From assembly GCA_033762915.1 (NCBI GenBank), contig JANRLD010000007.1:58822-122821 (forward strand): a stretch of 64,000 nt of DNA, in the 5' to 3' direction. Shown piece by piece: positions 53,875 to 63,547 of this stretch. The notes below the pieces were generated by a model. It was not told the origin of the DNA. It searched no databases and was given only the letters and a program-made list of their open reading frames with translations. The stretch is from Meiothermus sp. (GTDB lineage: Bacteria; Deinococcota; Deinococci; Deinococcales; Thermaceae). A program made the translations under genes and the position numbers. How positions within the stretch are numbered: position 1 is the stretch's first letter; every line of letters starts with the position of its first letter.

Positions 53875-54957
53875 CTACACCCTCACTGTTCCCTGCCCCC
53901 GGCTCCCCGCCCCCTCAAAGGCCGCCTCGAGCAGCCTCCGATTCTCCTCCGGCGTCCCCACACTCACCCGGATGCAGCCCCCCAAGCCCGGGTAGTGATC
54001 CTGGCGGCGCACCAGGATGCCGTGTCGGAGCAGGGCTTTATAGGCCTCGGCGGCGTCGGGGGTGCGGATCAGGAAGAAGTTGGTGTGGGTGGGGTAGACC
54101 TGCCAGGTGGGGTGCGGCTTAAGCGCTGCGTAGAGCTGTGCGCGCTCGGCGTTCATGGTCTCGACGATCTGCGCGACGTACCCGGGCTGCTCGAGCACCG
54201 TAAGCAGCAGGGCGGAGGTGTGGGCGGGCAGTCCGAAGGGCGGGACGAAGTTCTGGATGACGTTGCACACCTCGGGCGAGGCCATCAGGTAGCCTGCCCG
54301 GATGCCGCCCAGGCCCCAGGCCTTGGAAAAGGTGCGGAGCAGGGCCACGTGGGGGTTGTCTCGAGCGAGTTCGCCGTAATCGGAGCCGGAAAACTGGTGG
54401 TAGGCCTCGTCAATCACCAGCAGCCCGCCGGTCTCGGCGGCCCGGTCGGCCAGGCGCTGGATGGCCCCGGCGTCGAAGAGCGTTCCGGTAGGGGCGTGGG
54501 GGTTGGGCAGGAAGGTCAGGGCGGGCCGGTCGGACATGGCCTCGAGCAAGCCCGTAAGGGGCAGCTCGAACACCCCCTGCGCATGGTCCAGCGGGACTGC
54601 CGCGTAGGGAACCGCCGACATCTTGGCGCTAAAGGCGTAATGGGGGAAGGCGGGCGCGGTGTCCACCACGCGGTTGGCGGCCTGTACCAGGGCCTGAATG
54701 AGCAGGTTGGAGCCGGGGCTGACCACCAGGCGCTCAGGCGACCAGTTCAGCCACCCGCCCAGCTTTTGGCGCACGTCCTCGGCATGGAGGTGGGGGTAGC
54801 GGTTGAAGTCCAGGTGGTTCAGGCGCTCGAGGTAGCGCCGCTTGAGTTCGGCGGGCAGATCGTAAGGGCTCTCGTTCTGGTCGAGCTTGATGCGGGCCTC
54901 AACCGCCGTGTAGGGGTAGGCGGGCAGGCCCTGAAGGTGGGGCTTGAATGCCTTCAC
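53875..54957 (-). CDS. hisC: Histidinol-phosphate aminotransferase
   Basis: KLDQNESP, NRYP, IDEAY, LRTFSKAWGLGGIRAGY and IRVSVGTPEEN motifs. Confidence 0.92.
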   Translation of the reverse strand: MKAFKPHLQGLPAYPYTAVEARIKLDQNESPYDLPAELKRRYLERLNHLDFNRYPHLHAEDVRQKLGGWLNWSPERLVVSPGSNLLIQALVQAANRVVDTAPAFPHYAFSAKMSAVPYAAVPLDHAQGVFELPLTGLLEAMSDRPALTFLPNPHAPTGTLFDAGAIQRLADRAAETGGLLVIDEAYHQFSGSDYGELARDNPHVALLRTFSKAWGLGGIRAGYLMASPEVCNVIQNFVPPFGLPAHTSALLLTVLEQPGYVAQIVETMNAERAQLYAALKPHPTWQVYPTHTNFFLIRTPDAAEAYKALLRHGILVRRQDHYPGLGGCIRVSVGTPEENRRLLEAAFEGAGSRGQGTVRV

Positions 54958-55152
54958 TGGGCCATTGTCGAGAGTCGGGGGGGGAAAAGCAAGAGGGGAG
55001 AGGCCGGGAAGGCAAAGGTATAACCCTAAGCCCCAGCAGCACACCCCCTGTCGCCCCTCCACCCCCAGATCCCTTTCCCTGCCCCCCCGTGCCCTATCTT
55101 TTGGCTAAATTCCACTGCCCTTAACGCGTGGCCGGCCTACAATCAACCTACT

Positions 55153-55767
55153 ATGCCCGCCGTCGCCTCCCACCAACAGAGTATTGCCGAGGTCGAGGCC
55201 CTGCTGAACGAGGGCCAGAACCTTAGCCAGAGCCTAAGGTCGCTGGCCGAGACCCTGCGCCAGACCGCCCAGATGCTCGAGCAGGGTCAAGCGCCCTCGC
55301 TCGAGAACGCCAACGCCATCACCGAGGCCGCCAAGGCCTTCGAGGGCTGGCATGGCAAGGTCAGGGCAGCGGTGGCGGCCCACGTCGAGCCCAGCCAGCC
55401 CAGGGGGATGGAGGCCCTCGAGCGGCACAAGGTGACCCTCGAGCAGACCGCCCTCAAACAGAAGGCCCTGGGGGTGCTGGAGCAGGTCTCGAGCCTTGTC
55501 TACAGCGGCTCCGAGGAGTTCATGCCCCTCTCGACCATTCAGTTCGACGCGGTGGGGATGATGCGCTCGATCAAGGACGAGGCGGTGCCCGGCGACAAGA
55601 CCCTCGCCCTGGCCGAGGGCCGCCACCCCTTCTGCGCCCTGCTGCGCCTGCTCGGTGACAAGGAGATGGACAACGACGCCTGGGACGAGGTCTACAAGGC
55701 CGTCGGCAAGGAGCTGGGCATGGAGGTCGCGGTGGCGGTGGCGCGCGGAAAGATTAACCTGGGTTAG
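55153..55767 (+). CDS. Helical hypothetical protein
   Basis: Host-like codon usage; coiled-coil-like N-terminus. Confidence 0.7.
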   Translation: MPAVASHQQSIAEVEALLNEGQNLSQSLRSLAETLRQTAQMLEQGQAPSLENANAITEAAKAFEGWHGKVRAAVAAHVEPSQPRGMEALERHKVTLEQTALKQKALGVLEQVSSLVYSGSEEFMPLSTIQFDAVGMMRSIKDEAVPGDKTLALAEGRHPFCALLRLLGDKEMDNDAWDEVYKAVGKELGMEVAVAVARGKINLG

Positions 55768-56407
55768 TCGTGGCGCTCGGTTCAGTCGCCGCCCCCTCGG
55801 GGGCGGCTTGCGTCTGGGCCGGGGCCTTCTTCTCGCCAAAGCGGCGCTCGGTGCCTGCGCCCAGCCGGCCGATGTTGTCGCGGTGGGTCCAGAAGATCAG
55901 GCCGGCCAAGAAGGTCATGGTGACAATCTGCCACAGCGGAGCCGACGCCCAGATGCCCATTAGCGCTACCGAGGCCGCCCCCACCATGCTGCCCGCCGAG
56001 ACGTAGCGGGTCAGCCAGACCGTCACCAGGAAGATCGGGATCCCGAACAACGCCACCATCGGGCTGACGAAGAGCATGGTACCGAAGCTAGTCGCCACTC
56101 CTTTGCCCCCCTTGAAGCCCAGGAAGGCCGAGTAGTTGTGGCCCAGCACCGCCGCCACCGCCACCCCGCCCAGCAGCCAGCCGTCTATGTTGAAGAGGCG
56201 GGCGATCAGCACTGCGATGCCGCCCTTGAGCACGTCAAACACCAGCACGCTCACGCCCGGAACCGCCCCCAGGGTGCGGAACACGTTGGTGGCCCCGGTG
56301 TTGCCGGAGCCGACCTTCTGGATATCCACCTTGTACAGCCTCGAGACCCAGGCCCCGGCGGGCACACTGCCGAACAGATAGGCCAGCACCAAAACGATAA
56401 TTGCCAT
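55754..56407 (-). CDS. plsY: Glycerol-3-phosphate acyltransferase PlsY
   Basis: YLFGSVP, GSGNTGATN, DVLKG, LGHN..FKGGKGVAT and HRDNI motifs; ATG 7 nt after TAGAAT. Confidence 0.95.
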   Translation of the reverse strand: MAIIVLVLAYLFGSVPAGAWVSRLYKVDIQKVGSGNTGATNVFRTLGAVPGVSVLVFDVLKGGIAVLIARLFNIDGWLLGGVAVAAVLGHNYSAFLGFKGGKGVATSFGTMLFVSPMVALFGIPIFLVTVWLTRYVSAGSMVGAASVALMGIWASAPLWQIVTMTFLAGLIFWTHRDNIGRLGAGTERRFGEKKAPAQTQAAPEGAATEPSATTNPG

Positions 56408-56460
56408 TTGCCGCATTCTAACAGCAGGCACCTCGCATCGGTGCGACCGGGCAGGCGGAC

Positions 56461-56742
56461 TCAGAGCAGTTTCCCACGCCTACTCCCTACAGCGCTAAAG
56501 CGGGCGGTTTTTGCTGTAGAGCGGTTGCCTCGAACACTCGGTACAGTGGTTGTTGCCGTACCGAGTGCACTACTCCACTGATTCTGTTGGCGAACTCCAA
56601 ATCTGGGCGATAAAGCGAGGATTGAGATACCGATGAAGACACGACTTAAGGGTTGCACCCCGACTTCGCCAACAGAATCTCCCCTTTAGCGCACGTTTTA
56701 GCGCAGCACTGTGGGCGGATATATGGGTGGGAAATGCAATCA
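56461..56742. mobile_element. Stack of miniature inverted-repeat elements
   Basis: 56463-56518 (copy of 48513); a second TAGAGCGGTT start at 56517 with a CACTCGGTAC/GTACCGAGTG inverted repeat; 56580-56679 with perfect 15-bp TIR GATTCTGTTGGCGAA/TTCGCCAACAGAATC. Confidence 0.75.
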
Positions 56743-57435
56743 GGTGTTGGCCAGGGTTTCTGCCAGCCGCAGCCCCTCGAGGGCCATCTCGGCGTACGTG
56801 CCGCCCCTGACGCACAGCCCGAGGGCGTAGAGCCGCTCGAGCCGCCCCAGCCTGAAGCTCGAGGCGTCCCACTCGCCTCCAGCAAACACCTGGTACTCGA
56901 CCCGGTATCCGGGCGCACCGGCCTGGGCGGGTACCTCGGCGCTGTGGGACTCAAAGGCAAAGCCCAATTCTTTAAGGCACTCGTGCAGGTCAGGGTAGGC
57001 CACCTCGGATAGGCGTCCAGCGTCCTCGGCGACCTTGCCGATGTACAGTTTTGGGGCCAGGAAGCTGCCCGGCGCCAACACCACCCTGGACGCGGTCTTG
57101 CGCGGTCCCTCCCAGGTCTCCACCCCAACGGCGGCCCCGTCTCGCAGGATCAGCCCAGTCACCGAGGACTGAATCAGATGCAGGTGGGGCTGATGCTCGA
57201 GGCGGTACTTGGCCCGGCTGTGTAGCTCCCACCCCGCCAGCCCCGCCTCGCCGACCTCGGCCAGCAGAGAACCTTGGGGAAACGGCGGGGCAATCGGGGT
57301 GAACGGCAGATACACCGAGTCCAGGCTGGTGGTGACCAGCCCCACCCCCACGCCCCTCCGGGCCAGCGCAAATGCCGCCTCCGATCCGGCAAACCCCGCC
57401 CCGACGATCAGCACCTCGTAGTCCACGAGGGTCAT
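56740..57435 (-). CDS. Short GidA-related FAD-dependent oxidoreductase
   Basis: VLIVGAGFAGSEAA Rossmann motif, GVETWEG, AGRLSEVAYPDL and LYALGLC motifs; alternative start GTG 57426. Confidence 0.85.
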   Translation of the reverse strand: MTLVDYEVLIVGAGFAGSEAAFALARRGVGVGLVTTSLDSVYLPFTPIAPPFPQGSLLAEVGEAGLAGWELHSRAKYRLEHQPHLHLIQSSVTGLILRDGAAVGVETWEGPRKTASRVVLAPGSFLAPKLYIGKVAEDAGRLSEVAYPDLHECLKELGFAFESHSAEVPAQAGAPGYRVEYQVFAGGEWDASSFRLGRLERLYALGLCVRGGTYAEMALEGLRLAETLANT

Positions 57436-57545
57436 CTTGCCGGGTTGGCGCGGCGTTGGCAAGGGTACGGGCGGACAACAGCGGCAGGGTCGGGGGGTCG
57501 GGCGGCTCGGCGCTGCCCCCGCCGCCTGTGACGTACACTTACACC

Positions 57546-58178
57546 GTGCCGATCTACCTCGCCCTGCCTGTCGCGTTTGCCATCGGTCTGCTGGCAGAGC
57601 GGCTGGGGTGGCTGAGGCCGGGTGCGGCCTGGTCGGCGGGGCTGGTGGGCGGGCTGCCGCTGTGGGCGGGCGGGGTTCCGGCCGCGCTGGCGGTGATCTT
57701 CTTCGTGGTGGTGGGCAGCGTGGCCTCGAGGCTCAACCCCAAAAGCCGCGACCGCTCTGGGCGCACGTCGCTGCAAACGCTCGCCAACGGGCTTCCCGCT
57801 GCCCTGGGCATCGCGCTGGGCTCACCGGCGTTTTTTCTGGGGGCCCTGGCCACGGCCTGCGCCGACACCCTGGCGAGTGAGGTGGGGGCCAGGAGCCGCT
57901 GGGCCTGGCACCCGCTGCTGGGCAGGGTCGAGAGCGGCACCAACGCGGCGATGAGCCCGGCCGGCACGGCGGCCCTGGTAATCGGGCCACTGCTGTTCGT
58001 GCCCTGGGCGGTCTGGCTCGAGGTTTCCCCGCTCTCGGTGGTTGTGGCGGGGATTGTGGGGGCCTTCGCCGACACCGGGTGGGGGCTGCTGGAGGACCGG
58101 CTCGAGTGGTGGACGAACGACCTGACCAACTTCTTGGCAACCGCGACCGGCGGGCTGGTGGCCCTTCTGCTGAGCTAA
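57546..58178 (+). CDS. DUF92 (TMEM19-like) membrane protein
   Basis: GRTSLQTLANG, ADTLASEVG, GTNAAMSPAG and TNDLTNF motifs; GTG 6 nt after TACACT. Confidence 0.85.
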   Translation: MPIYLALPVAFAIGLLAERLGWLRPGAAWSAGLVGGLPLWAGGVPAALAVIFFVVVGSVASRLNPKSRDRSGRTSLQTLANGLPAALGIALGSPAFFLGALATACADTLASEVGARSRWAWHPLLGRVESGTNAAMSPAGTAALVIGPLLFVPWAVWLEVSPLSVVVAGIVGAFADTGWGLLEDRLEWWTNDLTNFLATATGGLVALLLS

Positions 58179-58436
58179 GCTCCTCCAGGCGGTGTTGGCA
58201 GACCGGCCAACCCAGCCCCGCTCGGCACCGCGCCCCGGCCGTTTGTGCAAGCGGCGCGGGCGTATACTGGCCCGGATTGCGAAATCTTGTGGTCTGTGGC
58301 CCCGCTGCTGGGGAGGTGGTTGCTGCCAGCTGGTCAGCGTCACCGGGCCTGTGGAGCCAAAAGCTTGCGCCTCGAGATTCTCGAGGCGCTGCCCTACAGA
58401 AGCGCAAGGTGGGGTCGGTTTAGAGGCGCGGCGCTT

Positions 58437-59048
58437 TCACCTCGAGGCCCCGATACACGCCGGAGTCACCTGCCAGGCTGCGACCCGGCCCACACCCTGG
58501 ATGTTGGCGGTGCGGCCGTTGGTGACGCGGACGCCCTGGCACAGCGTCCCGCCTGCCGCCTCGCCGCCGCCCAGCAGCAGCTCCGAGGTCGAAGGCGCGA
58601 ATCCGCCCCCGCCGATCACCGCGCCGCGCTGCTCGCCCCGTTGGTTCACGATCCAGCCGCCGGTGTAGGTCGCGCTGTTCGCACTCAGCTCGGCCCGGAA
58701 CAGCCCCGCGCTGCCGGTGGCCCTGGAGGCGGTGAACTCCAGCCGCATCCCCTCGAGCTCGAGGGTCCCGCTGGCGCTGTCGCCGGTCAGGCGGGCGTTG
58801 AGCTTGGTGCGGCTGTTCAGCTCGATCGCCACCGCCCCGCCCTCCCCGACCGCGCCCCGGAACCACTGAGCGATCTTCTCACCGTCGCAGACGTAGGCCA
58901 GCAGGCGGCCCTGTGCGGCCACAATGGCGACAAAGGCTTTGGAGTCTTTCGCCGCGCCCACCCAGGTCTGCTCGAGGGGCTGGGCTAGGCCCAGCGGGGA
59001 CAGCAGCGCCAACAAGACAATCAGTTTTCCCAACCCGAAGAGCTTCAT
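58437..59048 (-). CDS. Secreted hypothetical protein
   Basis: Signal peptide ending LGLAQ; AYVCDG..IAQWF and YTGGWIV motifs; AAGGGAGG RBS. Confidence 0.7.
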   Translation of the reverse strand: MKLFGLGKLIVLLALLSPLGLAQPLEQTWVGAAKDSKAFVAIVAAQGRLLAYVCDGEKIAQWFRGAVGEGGAVAIELNSRTKLNARLTGDSASGTLELEGMRLEFTASRATGSAGLFRAELSANSATYTGGWIVNQRGEQRGAVIGGGGFAPSTSELLLGGGEAAGGTLCQGVRVTNGRTANIQGVGRVAAWQVTPACIGASR

Positions 59049-59058
59049 AGCGCCTCCC

Positions 59059-59613
59059 TTACTTGCTGCCGTAGAGGTAGTAGGTCGCAGTGTACCCCAC
59101 CCGCGCCTCGGTGTTCAGGCTGGCCCGGGTGCATCCGCTGGCGGGGGCCTTGCCGCCGACCGTCTCGAGGCGCTGGATGAAGCTCACCTTGGCGAAGGCA
59201 CCCTGTTTTCCGGCGGACCTGGTCTCGAGGAGCAGCCAGGGGATGGCGTTGGGATCGGTGGAGTTGGCCCTGGCCCGTAGGGCCCCGGTGATCTTGCTGC
59301 CATCGATGGACTCCCAGCTGGGGCCGCCGTAGTGGGTGCCCAGCTTGCTGCCCTTGTCGTCGGTGAGAACGGCGTCGGGGGCCTTCAAGACCCACTCATA
59401 GCCGGAGTTATCGGCCTTGGCGGAGCAGGCGTAAATTTGGACCCCGTCGGCCAGTACCTTCATCAGCAGGCTGTTGCCGGCCGGAACCGCCAGCTCGGCG
59501 GGGGCGCTGGGGACGCCCTGGGCAGCCTGGGCTGCGTAGTCGTAGTCCTGGGCCGTCGCGATGGCTCCGACGGTGCCCAGCAGGCTTGCGGCGATGATCA
59601 GACTCATTTTCAC
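59059..59613 (-). CDS. DUF3455 domain secreted protein
   Basis: ADGVQIYAC, HYGGPSWESIDGS, AIPWLLL, IQRLETVGGKAP and YTATY motifs. Confidence 0.85.
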   Translation of the reverse strand: MKMSLIIAASLLGTVGAIATAQDYDYAAQAAQGVPSAPAELAVPAGNSLLMKVLADGVQIYACSAKADNSGYEWVLKAPDAVLTDDKGSKLGTHYGGPSWESIDGSKITGALRARANSTDPNAIPWLLLETRSAGKQGAFAKVSFIQRLETVGGKAPASGCTRASLNTEARVGYTATYYLYGSK

Positions 59614-59659
59614 GGTTCTCTCCTTTGTTGCTAGCCCAACCCTTTTCTGAGATACTCGC

Positions 59660-60112
59660 CTATTCGACGAACCCGGTGGCAAAGACCGCCCCCTCGCGCA
59701 CCTCGAGCCGTATCCCCCTAAGCGCTTCGCGGGCCGGGCCGTTGGCCACCGTGCCGTCCTGGGCCTTGAAAGCCGAGCCGTGGCAGGGGCACTCGAGCAG
59801 CCGCCGGGCGTTGGGCATCGCGGGGGTGCAGCCCTCGTGGGTGCAGACCAGGGTGTAGGCGGTCAGCCAGACCGACCCATCGCCCTGCTTCACCTCCATC
59901 ACCCTCCGGGTCTCGGCGTCAGGTTTGGCCACGCGCACCAGAAGCGACCTGGTTCCGCCAAAGTCGAAGGGCGCACTGTCCCACTCCTTCGCCAGCCTTG
60001 AGAGGTCGGCGATCTTCACCGCCGGCACACTCTGCGACTTGCCCTCGACGCCCAAGCCCAGTGTGCCAATTGCGATGATGCCCAGTGCGTTTCTGCGGGT
60101 GATTTCTGCCAT
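59660..60112 (-). CDS. Tat-exported Rieske [2Fe-2S] protein
   Basis: TRRNAL twin-arginine signal; CTHEGC and CPCHGSAF motifs. Confidence 0.9.
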   Translation of the reverse strand: MAEITRRNALGIIAIGTLGLGVEGKSQSVPAVKIADLSRLAKEWDSAPFDFGGTRSLLVRVAKPDAETRRVMEVKQGDGSVWLTAYTLVCTHEGCTPAMPNARRLLECPCHGSAFKAQDGTVANGPAREALRGIRLEVREGAVFATGFVE

Positions 60113-60484
60113 GGGTGTCCTCCTCTTGGACACCCAAAGTCTGCTCGAGCCCCGGTAACGACCCGGTAACGCGCCCTTGCTCAACCGGGCCTTGGCACGT
60201 CAGCAAGGTTAGAGCGGACCTGGGTCTATTTCGCGCAAAGGCTTGGGGACAGGATTGGTTCGCCGTGGTGCTTTCGGGCGGGTGATTGCTGGGATTGACC
60301 GGGGAGCCGCTTGGAGGGTGTTTCCCTCCGCCACAGCGGCAGTTTTCGCCGCTTGCTTCCGGCAGCTGAGAACGCCCCTATCAAAACCCGGCGTCTGCCC
60401 CGACTCCGGAGGGGTCTCGTCTCGCAACGCTCACCACAAACCGCAGGCCTGCCTTTTTCTGCGAGCCGTGTGCCCTAGCGCTGC

Positions 60485-61258
60485 CTACTCGAACTCCTCC
60501 CAGCGGTGCGGCTGGATGGAGGTACACCGGCCGTTTTCAACAACCAACTCGGTTGCGCAGAACTGTGCCCGCCCGCTGGCGGCCTTGAAGTAGGTTGGGC
60601 GCTGGGTCAGGAAGCGGGTCAGGAAGCCCTCCACCTCGCCGCCGATGATCGAATGGGTGGTGAGCGGTCCGGTCATCCCCACGTCGGCCTGGATGGCGGT
60701 GCCCCCGGGCAGGAAGCCCGCGTCGGCAGTGGCGACGTGGGTGTGGGTGCCCAGCACCGCCGCCACCCGCCCGTCGAAGTAGTGGCCCAGCCCGTACTTC
60801 TCGCTGGTAGCCTCGGCGTGCACCTCGAGCAGCCAGTTTCCCCCGCCCTCCTCTGCCAGCAGCCGGTCCACTGCTCGGAAGGGGTCGTCGAGCTGGAGGT
60901 TCATCCCTACCCGGCCCATCACTTGGGCCACGCCCAGCGAGTGGCCGCCCTTCTCAAGCCGCCACCAGCCCCGGCCCGGGGTGCCCTCGGGGTAGTTGAG
61001 GGCGCGGATGACCGGCTCGGAGGGGAGCAGCTCGAGCACATCCTTATGATCCCAGGCGTGGTTGCCCAGCGTCACCAGGTCGGCCCCGGCCTCGCGTATT
61101 TTCTTGTAGGCCGGTTTGGAGAGGCCCTTGCCGCCGTGGGCGTTCTCGCCGTTTACCACCACGAAGTCGTAGTCCGGCCGCAGGTCGGGGAGGTGCATCG
61201 CCAGGGCGCGCAGCCCCGGCTCTCCGAACACGTCGCCGACGAACAGGACCCGCGTCAA
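60485..61258 (-). CDS. ymdB: YmdB / TIGR00282 metallophosphoesterase
   Basis: LFVGDVFG, NGENA, TLGNHAWD, HAEATSEK, GTHTHV and DVGMTG motifs. Confidence 0.9.
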   Translation of the reverse strand: MTRVLFVGDVFGEPGLRALAMHLPDLRPDYDFVVVNGENAHGGKGLSKPAYKKIREAGADLVTLGNHAWDHKDVLELLPSEPVIRALNYPEGTPGRGWWRLEKGGHSLGVAQVMGRVGMNLQLDDPFRAVDRLLAEEGGGNWLLEVHAEATSEKYGLGHYFDGRVAAVLGTHTHVATADAGFLPGGTAIQADVGMTGPLTTHSIIGGEVEGFLTRFLTQRPTYFKAASGRAQFCATELVVENGRCTSIQPHRWEEFE

Positions 61259-62094
61259 CTGGGCACCGATCGGCTTTCCAGGTAGGCCTCGACGTGCGCC
61301 GTGAAGGCCCGCATGATGGCCTTGCTGAACGGCCCCACCTCGCCGATTCGCTGATCCTCGATCTGGGTCACGGGCATCACCTCGCGGGTGGCCCCGGTCA
61401 GGATGACCTCGTCGGCGGCGTAGAGCTCCTCGAGTTCGATGTCGCGGTACTCCACCGGCAAGATGCCCTCAGCGACCCGCAGCATGTGCATGCGGGTTAT
61501 GCCAGGCAGCACGCCGTTCCTGGCTGTTACTAGGGTGCCGTTGCGGACGATGGACAGGCTGCTGCGCGCCCCCTCCGAGACCATGAAGCCGTCGTGGTAG
61601 ACCACCTCGCTCGCGCCCTCGGCCCGCATTCGCTTGCCCAGCTTTACCGCAACCAGATAGTCGGTGCTTTTGGCATGGGCCATTTCGCGGACGTTGGTGT
61701 GCAAAATGATCTTCGCGCCCTCGGTATAGAGTCGCTCGGGCTGCTTCTTGACCTCGATGGGGGCCAGGATCAGGTTGGGTCTGCCGGGGGTGAAGATATC
61801 CTCGGAGTAGCCGCCGGTCAGCACCATCTGCAGGCCGGCCTGCTCGAGCCGGTTCAGCCCGATCAGCTCGCGAATAAAGCCCTCGAGCTGGGCACGGCTG
61901 TAGGGTATTTCCAGATCCATCAGGCGGGCGGTGTTCTCGAGGCGGTTGAGGTGATCTTCCAGAAAAACCGGAATCCCACGCAAGATGCGGAAGAACTCGA
62001 AGGCCCCGTAGCCCCGCCGCAGCCCCAGGTCGGAGATGTGCAGGGTGGCCTCGGAATGCCGCTGGACTTGTCCGTTGACGTTGACGTACTCCAC
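61255..62094 (-). CDS. Class IV aminotransferase (D-amino-acid / branched-chain type)
   Basis: DLGLRRGYGAFE, HLNRL, AKSTDY, SEGARS and VLPGITR motifs; start may be GTG 62094 or TTG 62100. Confidence 0.88.
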   Translation of the reverse strand: MEYVNVNGQVQRHSEATLHISDLGLRRGYGAFEFFRILRGIPVFLEDHLNRLENTARLMDLEIPYSRAQLEGFIRELIGLNRLEQAGLQMVLTGGYSEDIFTPGRPNLILAPIEVKKQPERLYTEGAKIILHTNVREMAHAKSTDYLVAVKLGKRMRAEGASEVVYHDGFMVSEGARSSLSIVRNGTLVTARNGVLPGITRMHMLRVAEGILPVEYRDIELEELYAADEVILTGATREVMPVTQIEDQRIGEVGPFSKAIMRAFTAHVEAYLESRSVPS

Positions 62095-62509
62095 GCGCAA
62101 CCTCTAATGCCCGATATTCTAGCAGCAAAGTGGGGCCGGAGACCCCGCCCGCGTCCTTGGCTGCGGCATGTCCCGGGCATCGCCTGCCGAACCCTCTCGA
62201 GCGCCTGCTCTGCTGACGATCCGATGGAGGCGTTTTGCCCGGCCCCCGCCGGGCACCGGGTCTCCAGCGCGGTCCGAACAGAGAAGACCTCAACCCGAAG
62301 CGCTGAAGCGGGCCAGTCCGGGCGGAGCGCTTCGGCAAATGGGCTCTCTTTGCTCTGTCCAGAAATTACCGCAGGGCAGATGGTCCGCCCCCAAGCAGGT
62401 GCTTCCGGGTTGCGGTCTGTGCGAACCACGGCTGCGCTTCAAGCTACCCCCAATCAGACCTCCGGGCCTACTTTGTGTGTCCCGCCATCTGCTATAAGCT
62501 AGGAGCACT

Positions 62510-62806
62510 ATGTTCGGCCTATTCAGGAAGCCCGATGAACACGTCAAGCCCGAAGGCGACCGGGCCTTTCTACTGCGGATACGCACCTCGAGGCACGGCG
62601 ACATCGTGGAATTGCGCCTGAACAAGGGCAACGAGATCGGCTCCTCCGACGAGGGCGGCTACTACGTCCGCAAGGCCATTGTCTCCTCCCAGAACCTCGA
62701 CCGCGCCACCCTCGAGATCTGGTTCGACAACGGCTACCGCCCCAAGCGCAAGGTGGTCGAGGGCGGCGAGCTGGTGCCCATTAAGGAGTGGCGGCAGGCG
62801 CAATAA
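62510..62806 (+). CDS. Conserved hypothetical protein
   Basis: AGGAG RBS; host-like codon usage. Confidence 0.7.
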   Translation: MFGLFRKPDEHVKPEGDRAFLLRIRTSRHGDIVELRLNKGNEIGSSDEGGYYVRKAIVSSQNLDRATLEIWFDNGYRPKRKVVEGGELVPIKEWRQAQ

Positions 62807-62854
62807 CCGGACGGACTCCGGTGCGGCCCAGGTTGGACCGAGGGCACAGGTCGA

Positions 62855-63469
62855 ATGAAGACGATGGCCCAGGTCTTGTTGGAGGAACCCCCGCCCTCGG
62901 GGCTGATCTGCGGGGTGGACGAGGTGGGCCGGGGGGCCGGGGCCGGCGAGGTGTACGCTGCGGCGGTAATCCTCGACGCGGATCGCCCCATCGCGGGTCT
63001 GGCCGACTCCAAGCAGCTGAGCGCGGCGACTCGAGCGGCCCTCAGCCTCGAGATCAAGGCCAGGGCCCGCGCCTGGGCCATCGGGCGGGCCAGCCTCGAG
63101 GAGATTAGCGCCCTGAACGTTTTGGGTGCGACGCTGCTGGCGATGCAGCGGGCCGTGCAGGGGCTGGCTGTGACGCCCGAGCTGGCCCTGGTAGACGGCA
63201 ACCGTCTGCCCAAGCTCGGGATCCCGGCTCGAGCGGTGGTCAGGGGCGACGTGCTTGAGCCCGCCATCAGCGCGGCCTCGATTCTGGCCAAGGTGGCTCG
63301 AGACGCCGCGATGGTAGAGCTTCACGCCCGCCATCCGCAGTACGGCTTCGACCGACACAAGGGCTATCTCACGGCGGCGCACCTGGAGGCCCTGAAGACC
63401 TACGGGGTCAGCCCGGTTCACCGCCGCGGCTATGCGCCGATTCGAGCCCTGCTCGAGTCAACGCCCTAG
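62855..63469 (+). CDS. rnhB: Ribonuclease HII
   Basis: [32 protein letters not shown] and HKGY motifs. Confidence 0.93.
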   Translation: MKTMAQVLLEEPPPSGLICGVDEVGRGAGAGEVYAAAVILDADRPIAGLADSKQLSAATRAALSLEIKARARAWAIGRASLEEISALNVLGATLLAMQRAVQGLAVTPELALVDGNRLPKLGIPARAVVRGDVLEPAISAASILAKVARDAAMVELHARHPQYGFDRHKGYLTAAHLEALKTYGVSPVHRRGYAPIRALLESTP

Positions 63470-63547
63470 GGGCAAAGTTGCGTTGTACCGCTCCGCAAAA
63501 ACCCCGGTCAGGCAGCCCTCGGCGGCCCCCCTCAGCCGCTTGACGGC

